Shown here in pieces: positions 11,838-23,344 of a stretch of 64,000 nt of DNA (position 1 is its first letter; each line of letters begins with the position of its first letter). The position numbers were made by a program, and so were the translations under genes. The stretch is from Tilletiaria anomala UBC 951 (taxonomy: Eukaryota), in contig NW_013547019.1 of NCBI RefSeq assembly GCF_000711695.1, forward strand, positions 1 through 64,000, read 5' to 3'. The notes below the pieces were generated by a model, which ran no database searches, had not been told where the DNA came from, and saw only the letters and a program-made list of their open reading frames with translations.

Positions 11838-14549
11838 CTAACTCGACAGGTCTGCTGTTTCCGCATCTACCATGGCGACGAGATGGCTGTAGCCAAGGAA
11901 GACAGCCTCCTCCCGTAACGCAGCTAAGATCTGTACTTGTAGGTCCGTGTTATTTGCAATACCTCCTCTGCGCAATGCTGAAGGCAAGCGTGCTTCACGC
12001 AGGGTCCATAGAAGCAGTTCATAAATACCCGAAGGGCGGTCCAGAAAGAGTTCCACAATGATTGGATGATTCGGCTGATAGCGATGTGGGGTGCAAAACA
12101 CGCTCTCGGCGATAGTGCTCTCCCGTTGCCCTTCCAAGGCTTGCCAGGTTGAGGCGAGGGAAGGCCGCTTGGCAGGCACCCGAGCCCGAGCAATTTGCTT
12201 GCGATCAGGCGTGCCAGGCTCAGACTCGGGCCAAGCTTTCTCAACAGGCATCTCTTCATCGTCAATGTCCATCTCGAGATAGCTGTCGACCCATGCGCCC
12301 GCGCTGAAGGGGTTGGATGGCCTTCTTTGTGCGCGTGTAGACTCCGGGTCAAAATTGGCGGTAAGCCAGCGAGCTTCGTGCAGGCAGTTACGAATGTACT
12401 GGGCAAAACGACCGGTGAATGGGCGATGCTCCATCCCGCACAGAGATGCACTTGGTGCATGGAAGGTGCGGTCGCCGACGACCAGCGCGATCATGATGAG
12501 CTCACCGCTGTCATGTTCGTAGTCCAGCCTTCGCACTCCTTGGGGAACAGGGAGAAACTTGATCTGACGCGAGGACGCTGGGCAGAGCTGGGCAGCAGTG
12601 CGCATGAGCGCACCAACGGCAAAGTCGGAGTCTTGTTGTAAGGTCAGGAGGGAGTCTTCAGCGAGTCTGGCCTCAAGTTGCTCGTCACAGCCCTCCATGT
12701 CCGGCTGTACGGAGGCTTCATCACACTCTTCGATCGGTGAGGAGCGTGCTTGTTGCGTAGGGATGCCAGGCAGAGGCGGTAGGGCCTTGGACGGTCTCTG
12801 CTTGCGCGGAGGCAAGCGACGCATGGTCGGGCGAGGTGCAACGCCTGGCCGGCGCATACGACGCTCCTCGGCTGCCGGCGCCTGGGTTAGACGCACAGCT
12901 TCGCTAGGCCGGCGCGGTCGCAATGGTTTGTAGGTTGGTGCCGACACGAGCGCGCTCACTGCGCTCTCTGAGGCCGACGGCAACACTGAGAGCTTGGAAG
13001 GGGGAGGAGGCAGGTCGGGCGAATTGGGAAGGGCGCGACCCGAAGAGTATGGAGACATGGCGACGGTGGTCCATAGCCTTGCGCGAGGCAACGCCTGATT
13101 CTTTTTGATCAACAGCTCCTCCGAATCAGTATCGCAGTCCATACTCGAGCTGCGGTTCTCCTCTACGTTCTCATTGGGAAAGAAAGCCTCGTCGGGGCGG
13201 CGTACGACGCCTGCGCCGGTGCCCGTGAACGCGCTGCGTGAGGTTGCCTTTGTTAATGATGCTGCGGAAGACGAGCAAGAGCGAGAATGGTTGCTAGCGA
13301 CTGCACTGCACGAAAAGGTATGTCCCTCGCTGCTGGTCTGTGCAGGAGAGAGCGAGACTGGGCTGCTAAGAGGGAGGCTGGTGGAGGATACAGTGGGATC
13401 GGCAGAAGCACTGCGCCTTCTGGGTCCAGCATGGCCCGCTGCAGCACGTGCACGTGTCGGACGGGTGAATGGGAAGAGCTTTGCAGCCGATGCACGTGCA
13501 GTTTCGAAGGAGCGGCGCGTGCCTTCGATGCTCAAGGCACGCTTTCTGCCGCTCTGATCTTTCTCGAAGGGCAGGCTTGCATCTCTGTGTTCATCGTCTG
13601 CCCCCCCACTGCTGCTGCTCGTGCTGAGACCGCCTTGCAAGTCACGTGTGGAGCGCATGAATCTTCGGCTAGCCGAAGCCAGAAGCCTACTGCCAAGACG
13701 TGTCGCGGCTGTCGGGCTGGTTTCAAAGTCCAGTAGGCGCTCCCCGTCCTCGTCGTCGCTGTCATCAAATGTGCTGGGCCGAAGCATCAAGCCTGCAGAG
13801 ATAGCGGACAAGGGTGTCGTGGGGCCGTTGACGGCTACCACTGTTCGGTCGCCTGGTACTCGGGGTGAGGCCGACGACAGATGGGCAGTGAGGAAGAGTG
13901 GCTGAGGGGAGCGCTTGCGCTGCAGCGTCGGCTTGGGCTTCGATTTGGGCGAAAGAGGCGAGCCGTCCGAGTTGCTGACAATTGAGCCAGAAGGACAGGG
14001 GTCTTGATCATTTGAAAACGTTTAAATTGAAATGCACACCTTTAAGCACCAAACTCACCAGCTACTCTTGTTCGCTATGCGCAAGTGCTTCGCCGCAATA
14101 CTCTGACCGAACCCGGTCCATCCCATGAAGCCATTGCTTCCAATCGAGATATTCTGCAGAGAATACGGTGATCCGTGGTCCTTGTTTCTCCCGCCATCAG
14201 TACCTTCTTCTGAAGGGGTACTTCGGAAGGTCACACCTGGGGATGGAGAAGCCGAGGAGGACGTGGCGGTCGACCTGGGAGTGTTGAGCATGTGGTGCAT
14301 AGATGGCAAGTCTGATGTGGTGCTGCTGGCATACATGGTGGAACTTATGACGCATTTGGAGTGCACATGATCATGCGCTGAGTTGAAAGGCGAAGTGGGA
14401 GCCTGAGTAGGCGCTAGCCTATCGATGTGACCCTTCGGCGAGTTGAACGCCGAGTTCGGGTCAAAGCGCTCGACGTTGATGAGTCTCGGAGAGTTGTACG
14501 ACGGGCGCAGCGCCGCGCACCTGGGAGGCGTTGTGAATGCTGCCGCCAT
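11838..14549 (-). CDS. Ser/Pro/Arg-rich protein with a C-terminal KCTD-type BTB/POZ-like domain
   Basis: 667-aa ORF 11838-13841 plus a probable upstream exon from ATG 14549. The C-terminus LFLDRPSGIYELLLWTLRE...LAALREEAVFLGYSHL resembles the FIDRD..F..IL.YLR...L..EA.FY.L BTB signature. The exon 1 splice donor is ambiguous. Confidence 0.65.
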
Positions 14550-14657
14550 CAGGGCGCGTGGACTTCTCGCTGAACTTGGAAGCCGTCCCTAAAAGCCTTC
14601 GAAAAATAGACGGTGAGCCCAAGTAAAGGCAGTCTTTTCCAAAAGCAGAGAGATGGC

Positions 14658-14684
14658 AGGAGGAGGAGGAGGAGGAGGAGGAGG
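14658..14684. repeat. (AGG)9 microsatellite
   Basis: Perfect trinucleotide run upstream of the BTB-like gene. Confidence 0.9.
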
Positions 14685-15925
14685 AAGAAGAGCTGCAGGA
14701 CGCGGCTCGAGAGCCAGCATTTGTCTATATATGGTCCAGCCGCGTCCTGCCAGCATTCTCTGAAGCTTGCACTTCTGCCTATGGCCACAAAGGCTTGAAT
14801 ATTGAAGCTTGGACATTTGGCTTAAAGACCAGCAATCGACTCCCTTTGTCGGATTTAATCGAATGAAAGAGTCGACTCGAAACTGACATTCGTGGCAAAC
14901 ATCCATCAGTCTGCGAAGCCGTTTAACAATCATTCTTGGGCTTCTGTGCTACGGGGTTCCACATACACACTCTCACACACAAAGGCTTACTTCCTCGTTG
15001 CATTGCGACCGTATTTTATGCGATTGCTTGATGGACTGTTTTGCAAGGACTACGGAGCCGGCTGGACCCTGGGATGTTGGAAAAGATGATTGGCTCTACA
15101 AGCCTGCACAAAGGCAACAAGTCAAAAGTCAGAAGACGATTACCTACGTACATATCCAATGTATTCAAATATAGGGTTTGCGCGAAGAACCCATACCCGT
15201 ACCGCTCGGCGCTTCCGACACGCTAAACATACGCGGCGAAATGAGCGGAGTAACAGGATTACGTCAGTCTACCCTTTCTTTCTTTTTACCTTTTGTGTCT
15301 CTTTTCTTGCCTATCATCACCTTCTCGTCCGCCGACATGCATGTAAAGACTTACGTACATACATACGCTTTGGCCCCAGCGGATGGCACCGCTGGCCCAA
15401 AGCCGCAGGCGCGCCGCAAACATCCCACCAGAATCCATTTCCCGTGACCATGTGCTCTCTCAGCCTCTTTACATACATACACACATGACCTCTCGCTGCG
15501 GCGCTGCCTCGTTCTTTAGTCATCCTCTCGATGTCTCGACTGCCGCGGCGAATTGGATACTCTGACAGATTACCCACCAAGCCACGCAGCCTGCTGATTC
15601 GAGAAAGTCAAGGAAAATACATACGTAGATGAAGGGCCTCATGGAGGCCCTAAACGAACAACCTTGAGTCTTCAGATTGAAGGATGAGTTGACGTTGCGC
15701 ACAGTCATCGGAATTCCTCTCTGCGTCGAAGCTGCGTGTCTCGAGCAACACCAACACGCGTCGAGAGCAACTGGCAGGCGGCGGCCCTCGCGCGAACAGT
15801 AAGGCTCCTTCAACAAGCATTTGCGATTAGTTTACGGAAAACGGCGCAGCAGAAGTGCACATACATTTCAGTCTTGCATTTGCGGATGGCCGCAAGAACG
15901 GGGAAGCCTTTGAAGTCTAGTGGCT

Positions 15926-16512
15926 ATGCCAACGACCGACGCCGTCACACCTTCTCGAGCGCTGATTTTGCCGCTTGCTGACATCATCGTCACGAGAGAT
16001 GAGCGCAGTAAGTTGAAAGTCGCGGGAACGTGAGTGCACCAACTGCAGGCAAAGTTCCGCGCAGTGACGAGTATGATTCAACACTGAGATCAATCAACAA
16101 CATCCAAATCTGTAGTGTGACCATGATCGACCCAGGCTCTGCGACCTGCGTCGTTTCTGATCTGTCCAGCACAGCCGTCTTCAACTCAGCAGGCTTCGAG
16201 GCGTCCGCTCGGTCAACTGGTGTAGCACCGCCCTCACTTGCAATCGACCTCTCATCGTGTCTGGAGGATCCTTCAGTCTATACGCCGGGTTTGGGCGACA
16301 AGGTCCAATGCACCGGATATCTCGAGCGGAAAGAGATTCCAGGTGCTTCCAACGAGAAGTGCGATGACTGTGTCCTCCAAGCCATTCAATTTCGCATCTC
16401 GGACCAACTCGACATTGCGGCGTGGAACCAGGCTGCTCGGAAAGTGAGCCATTATAAGCACAAGAAGCCATCGTCAGACGAACACATCGAAACAGTGCTT
16501 TCTGCGAGATAG
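15926..16512 (+). CDS. TEN1: Ten1-like OB-fold protein (CST telomere-capping complex)
   Basis: ATG 15926, one intron (16030 to about 16114). KLKVAGTVTMID...SLAIDLSSCL...LGDKVQCTGYLE...VLQAIQFRISDQLDIAAWNQA follows the Ten1 OB-fold pattern. About 165 aa. Confidence 0.65.
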
Positions 16513-16556
16513 ATGATTATGCATTGCAAGTTGTCTACGAACAGCACAGATCATGC

Positions 16557-18790
16557 TTACGCCGCAGGCGGCGAGCTCTCGACAGGAGTCGACCGGCTTA
16601 TAGTCCCAGCGCTGCAAGATAGCGACATGATCATTCTCGTCAGCGTCGTTACCACCCAGACACGATGGAAGAGCATGCACTCACCTAACAGTGGACTCAA
16701 ACAGCATGAAGAAGACCAGAATGTGGATAGCAAGCGTGTATACCATGAATGCGATGCGCATCCTCCTGTGCCCGAGCACCAGTCTGGTGAGCGTATGTAG
16801 TAATCGCTCCAGCGGGTTGAGCGTTGTGAGCGCGCGAAATTGTTCCTGCGCAAGCATCGGATCAGAGTGTCAACAATTGTATGCAGATGAACCTTGCCAG
16901 GTCCGTATCTGAAGCAAATCCACTCACTCTGCCCCTGAACGCTTGAAACGGGTCCATCCTTTCTTCATACTTCTGCCTGTAGCGATCCTCTCGCCGTTGA
17001 GAAAAATTGTCGCCAGATAGTGGCGGATACGCGCCGCTCGCGTCTGTGTGCGCGGAGACGCCGATTGTCACGCTGCTGCTGCCGCCGGCGCCGTTGGGCG
17101 TATTGCTGCCTGTCGCTCCTTCCGACCCGTACGTTTGCAGGTACCGCAGCTTCTCATACAGCCCCAAGTTGTCGGCTTGCAGCTTCGAAACTTCGCTGCG
17201 CAGCTCAGTGACAACGTGCGCTTGCTTCCGCAGCTCTTCCTCCAGCTCTGCATTTCTTGTGCGGAAGCGATCGCGCTGGGAGGTGATGATAGGAAGGATC
17301 CCGCTTTCTGCATTCGCAGAAGAAGCGACTGTCCCTGCCGGGAAGGAACTGGCGGCAACAGCCACGTCGTTGGGCGCTGGCGACTGGGGATCGGTCTTGC
17401 CACTTTTGGGTGGCTTGGTGTGTGTCGGACCGTTGAGCGAAACCAGGTCGTTCTCCAAGCGCTGATTGAGGCTCTTAAGCCGAGCGAGTTCAGCCCTTAG
17501 CGACTTGACTTCTTCCGCACTCTGCCGCATGCCCGAGCTCGACTCGGTCGCTTGAACCCGGAGAGTGGTGACTTCATCCTGAAGCTTTCTGTTTTTGCGC
17601 AGCAGTGACGCTTCAAGCCCGCTCGAAGAACTTTCAGCGGCTACTTGAGCTTCTCCATCCGTATCGTCGTCGCTAAATTCGATCGATCGCAGGATCATCA
17701 GCTCTCGCTTGATTTCCTCATAGTCCTGTTGGCGTTCAAGCTTTCCTCGAAGCAGAGAAAGCTCTTTCTCTTTGCTGTCTAGCATCTTCTCGGCATCCCG
17801 CTTGCGAGCGTCTTCTTGAGACTTCGCCTCCCTTTCTGACTTTTCCCGCCGATCGACAAGGGCTTTCAGTTTGCGATTTTCGTCTGCCAGGTTCGCTTTT
17901 TCATGTTCAAACGCCTGTACGCTTGCGACCGTCTCTTGGCCGTGACGAGCAGCTTCGAGCTCAGCTCTGAGCGCCTCGTTCCTTGTCTCGAGATCGCTAG
18001 CCCGTCGTTGTGCCCTCTCAAGCTCCGAGATCATCATCTCCATATCAGCGTTGACGCTTGAAGAGTTCATTGCGTGGCCATCGAAGCCTGAGTCGGCCTC
18101 ATTTTGCTGACTGATCCCACGCTTTGTGACCTCCTCTTCTTGTGATCTAAGCTCTCTCACTTGGCTTTTTAGGCGCGCGATCTCCTTCTTCGACTCCGCT
18201 TCTTCCTCATTGTGGTTGCGTAAACGTTCATCCAACTTGGCAGCCCATTCCCGCTCCAGACTTTGTGTCCTGTCTTTTACACGCTGCTCCAACGAGGATT
18301 CGAGGTTAACCAAGCGTGCTTGAATTGAATCCCTGTCGGTCTCTAAGGAAGAATTCGCTTCTGTCTTGCGAAGCAGATCTTCATACGACTGCTGGAGTGC
18401 CTCGTGTTTGCTCTTGAGGTTCTCGGCGTCGCTGATCGCCATTGCCTGATCTACCAGGATCTCAAGCATAGGATAGGGATCTGGCGCCCCTTCGATGCCT
18501 GAAGGAGCCTTCCATATCCGCAAGAATGCATTTTCAGCGCTTTGAGCTCGTTTTGTGAGAGAATCGATCTCTGACTGGTACGCCTTGAGTAATCCTTTGA
18601 ACGTTTCGACCTTCGTTTCGTCAGATTGTTTCTTGAACTCTTTGGTCGATTCTGCGAGCCGCTTTCGAGACACAAGGCTCTCTTTCTGCGCTGATAACAA
18701 CTGATCTGGGAGTGGGGAGACTAAAGATTGTAAGGATGGAAGGTCGATCTCGCGCCATTTGTCGAGGGCAGTGGATACGCTGGAAGCCAT
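16557..18790 (-). CDS. COY1: Golgin CASP/Coy1, coiled-coil with C-terminal transmembrane segment (3 exons)
   Basis: N-terminal WREIDLPSLQ...SRKRLAESTKEFKK...LLKAYQSEIDSLTKR; CASP-C ILPIITSQRDRFRTRNAELEEELR...DNLGLYEKLRYLQ; TM RIAFMVYTLAIHILVFFML in exon 2; last exon ends ...SSPPAA*. Confidence 0.93.
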
Positions 18791-19149
18791 TACGTCGTTC
18801 AGGCACACTTGCCGTGCTGGTTGTACTCAATCGCGACTACCCTTTTTAATCATGCAGCAGCAGGCTCAATTGGGCGCAAGGTCCTCACTGCCGCCGCGGG
18901 GAGGGGGGAACGTGGCTTTGCTTCTTCAAGTGACGTGGCCCACGAGCTCGCTATATAGGAAGATGTTACGGTTGTAGTAAGCCCCTGGTGGGTGAACCAA
19001 CCCAACGCGTGTGGCTAGCCAGCGGTGTATGACTTCTGTTGTTGTTTGGATCGCACCGGCTTTCTTCCTCAACGTCTTGCTCTACTTGCAGTTTTTGCTG
19101 GATAGGTGGTTTCAGTAGACAGAAGCAAGCATCGCCTGAAGCTGTCGCC

Positions 19150-21355
19150 ATGTCCATCATTCAACCTCTCACAGCGCGAGGGGCGGCAGATTCAGATGCA
19201 GCTACGGCGAACCCGCTGCGTCCATTGCCAAAGGCTGGCCCCCAATCAGACATACTAGCGCATTTCGACAGTCGCGATTGCCTACTTCTTGCTCAAGCTG
19301 TGCTCGAACTGAGCAAACCGGCGCTTGACTGGAAACAGGTGTCAGAAGCCCTGCTTAACCATTCGCTCATTAAGGACGAGGCGCGAGTCGCTTCACTCGA
19401 AAAGCAAGGCACGACTCCGGAGAAGGTCTTCAGCGTGCAAGGGTGCAAGCGGGCTTGGGTGGCACTGATGAGGCAGCGTGGACTTGTCGAGGACCATCCA
19501 GTGCAAGACAAGAGAAATGCAGCGGAGGACGTCAAGGCTTGTGGCCCAAGGCCACGCTCAGACGAGCAATCCAAGCTAGCTCTCTGCCAGCTGCTTTACG
19601 TCGAAAGAATCATGGGACTACAGGCAGCAATCGTGGAAAAAGAGACGAAATACAGGTAAGCCAATCGATCTGAGGTGCTCGCAGAGCGTGGTATTGACCT
19701 TGGTCGCTTGATCTTAGGGATCTTGTTGTTCAACTTGATCTTCTAGAGAAGCAGGACGCAGAGGAAACCTTGCTGGATACTACAGCCGCCAAAGTTCATG
19801 CACCGGAATCCGCCAAAGAGGTTTTGACGCCTCCAAGAGCAGGTCGGGAAAAGCGCTCTTCTATCAGAGCGGTAGCGGCCAAAACTCTACCTCCTAAGAA
19901 CCCGACTAAGCTCAATGCACCACCTCCAAAGAGTGCTGAAGTGATTCCAGAAGCCCAAGAGCCATCAGAAACACGAGAAACAAAGGACACGCAGACGCAA
20001 TCTGACACGCAGACAACAGAGTCGATTTTAAAAGATGAGTTACAGATTGGCACCGCAAAGCCAGAAGCAGTGTCAGAAGCTTCGGCAGAATTACCAACTG
20101 CTGAGAAAGCATCCGAGGAAGCCAAAGGCGACAATGAGTCACCTGCGAAAGATGTCGACCCAGCTTTCGAGAAAGAGGGCTCTGCACCTGCTACTCGTGC
20201 TGGAAAGCGCAAAGCGCAGGCTCGAGAGTCGTCGGAACCTGCAGAAGACGAGGTGAAGCCGATTGGACGCAAGGCTAAGAGACGCGCAATAGAAGCGGAA
20301 ACAGAGGAGACAGAATCAGCAGAAAACACCCGAGAGCCTACGCCCGACGACGAAATGGACGCAAAATCGGAAAGGCCGCTGCGTAGCAGCAAGCGGAAGA
20401 GAGACGGGTCTGAGAAAGATGGTGGCCCGCCTGCTGGTGGCTCATCGCGACGGACATCCGCAACCACCGATGCCGTAGTGGAGGAGACACTGGACACACC
20501 GCGCGAAAAACGGAATCGCAGACGTTCATCGGTGACGACTGAAGACAAAGCTCCGATGCGTGCAAGTACCCGCCGAAGCACGCGTGGGCGAGGTGTGGCG
20601 GCTGATGAGGATGAAGACTCCCGGAATCCAAGCGCCGCTGGATCAGCTGCTGCGGAGCGTGAGTTCGCCGAGCCTCTTGAGGAGGAGCCTGCGAAGGAGG
20701 GCGTGTCTGCAACTCACGCGGATCTCGAGGCCGAGGTGGATGCGGCCGATGAGGAAGAGCAGGCAGAGAAGGACAAGGGCCCCAAAGAAGTCGATGGAGA
20801 TGAAGAAGATGATGATGAGGAAGATGAGAAGGGAAAAGGGCGGCGGCAGCCTACAACAAGGGCCAAGTCCTCCAGGGATAAGGGCCGCAAAGCTGGGTTC
20901 GCCGCGCCTACACAAGCAGCTGCTACAGACGAGGACACGGAGAAGCAGAGGAAGAAGAACGTGAATGTGCTTCTGATGCTGGTCAATGAAGTAGGTAACC
21001 ACACACATGGGAATCTCTTCAATGCGCCAATCAAAGAACAGGTCAGTCTGATCCAGCTTGCGATCGACACTCCACGATGCGATGCTGATCAGGGCTATTT
21101 TTATAGGACGCGCCGGACTACTATCAGCTGATCAGACACCCGATGGATCTCAAGACAATCCGCAGCAAAATCAAGGATTCAACCATACGCACCCCTGCTC
21201 AGCTCCGACGAGCGCTCAATCAGATGTTCGCCAACAGTCTCATCTATAACCGCCCGGACACAGAGGTGTATCGTATGGCATCAGAAATGCGGCAAGCAGC
21301 AGATGAGGCCATGGATAGATTTGAGCAGGCACAGGCTGGCGTCAGGTGGTTGTAA
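19150..21355 (+). CDS. BRD8/Bdc1-like bromodomain protein (NuA4-associated), 3 exons
   Basis: N-terminal LLLAQAVLELSKPALDWKQVS resembles the BRD8 N-terminus. C-terminal bromodomain HGNLFNAPIKEQ|DAPDYYQLIRHPMDLKTI...MFANSLIYN. Confidence 0.85.
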
Positions 21356-22000
21356 TTTGATTCAGTGCCGGAACAGAATGGCGGATCGCCTCCATTGTAT
21401 GCAATCCTTCGACTTTATAGGCAGGCTTGTAGTGTGGTTCAGATAGGGAACTTCAATCATCATCGTGTTGATTGCTAAGGCTGACGGCTCAACGTTCTTG
21501 AGAATCAGGAGAGGGGCCAGCGACGATAATCCCGACATTCCGATTTCCGCGTGACTATAATTCAGGAGTTACAACTGAGAGTGGCGCACACAAAGAACCA
21601 AGAGAGGACGAGACTTGAGGTGTAGTGTGAAGCGTAGGATTTCAACCACGATACCAGCCGATATCCACCCGATTCCGCATGATTTGTTTAAGTACAAACT
21701 TACATGCACTGGAAGGATCGCGAAGTACCTCCCCCGATTCCAACGCACATTTCGAAGAATTTAACCATTTTTGCCACCGCGCTCAGACCAACTGGTGACT
21801 GCCCATCCTCCTGCAATATGATAGCCAGGTACATCACACATGCACTGGGTTCGGCCCATGCTTTCTTTCTACTACGTTACAGCAATGCTTCTTCCATCAT
21901 TCAAGGCTGCTGTTGCCTTCCAATATCCGCAGCAACTCCTGTCTATTTCTATAGAGGCGCGTTCGTGGCGAGGTGTGAATTGCTTTTGCGAAGCGCCGTA

Positions 22001-23335
22001 ATGTCTCCTCCACGGAAGCTGATCATAGAGTAAGTCCATCATGGTACGCTTCCGGGTCTGAGCATCTCTCACTGACTTCCCTCCTCTATAGCACTGACCC
22101 AGGCGTTGACGACATACTCTCCATTGTACTCGCATTGGCCTCAGAAGAGGTTGAAATTGCCGCTCTGACCCTCACATTCGGCAACACAACACTTGATTAC
22201 GCTCTTTCCAATGTCCTCAGGCTCGGGGGCGTATTGAAGGAGCATCTAGAATCAGATGAGCGACCTAGGACTCAAGAGCTCCTACAAAGGTCGGTCGGAC
22301 CTAGCGCTAGAAAGATCCCGGTTTATTCAGGAGCAACAGGCCCTCTTGCAGGCAATGCTTTCACTGCGTCTTACTTGTGAGGCTAGGAATTCGCAAGCGG
22401 CATATCATGTCCCTTGTCTGATCTTTCCGTGTTACTTTTGCAGTCATGGGCGGGATGGCCTTTCTTCCGTCTCTTTCCTGCCGGGAGACCCTTTCCCGGA
22501 GCCCAAGGAAGACTTTCATCCTTTTCAGCCGGTTGATCCTTCCTCCAAGGACGCATGCGACGCGATTCTAGACATCTTAGCTGCAGAGCCGCCGGGTACA
22601 GTGTACATAGCCGCCGTGGGACCTTTGACAAATTTGGCTCTGGCATGGCAGAAAGACCCGAAGACTTTTGCAAAGGTCGGCCAAATAGCCGTCATGGGGG
22701 GCGCTCTGGACCATGCTGGAAACACAACCCCAACATCAGAGTTCAATTTCTTTGCGGATCCATATGCAGCGGCCGTTCTTCTCGAAATTCCACGGATGCA
22801 CCCAAGCTTGAATGGTCAACCTTTGCCGATTCACTTACTACCGTTAGACATCACCCATCAGCACTTGGTTCCTTTCAGCCAGCTCGTAAAGTCTCAGAGT
22901 ACTTTGTCTTCAGCTTCACCTCTCTCGAGATTTGTGTCCGCCTTCTTGAGCCAACCGCGCACCGTAATGAACTCATTCGCTCCTCCGGATGCATTCGACC
23001 CACAGCTGCACGACAACTTCATCGCGCACGATCCGCTTGCGGTGGCGTATGCAATATTTGGTTCTATGCCTGGTTGGCAAACGCAAGAGAGAGTATTTAA
23101 AATGGAGATAGATGGATCCATCACGCGAGGGATGTGTGTCATCGACCGACGGGGCTACCACAAGAGTAGCGCAGGAGAGAATCAGGCAATGAAAGACTTG
23201 AAGCAGAATGGATCCATCAAGAAACCGCTGGTTGAGCAGGACGGGGACTCTTCACCTTTTCCCATCAAGGTGGTGGTAGCCTCGCCAGGAAGCAAGTGGT
23301 TCGCAGACACATTCCTTTCAAGATTGACGCTGTAG
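22001..23335 (+). CDS. Inosine/uridine-preferring nucleoside hydrolase (3 exons)
   Basis: Spliced N-terminus MSPPRKLIIDTDPGVDD; TFGN, FHGRDGL, AVGPLTNLA, VMGG, GNTTPTSEFNFFADP, PLDIT and HDPLAV motifs. Confidence 0.93.
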
Positions 23336-23344
23336 CCTACAGAA

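Noticed and set aside
15756..15761. ACGCGT (MCB-like) site upstream of TEN1
   Set aside because: A single hexamer in GC-rich DNA is expected by chance.
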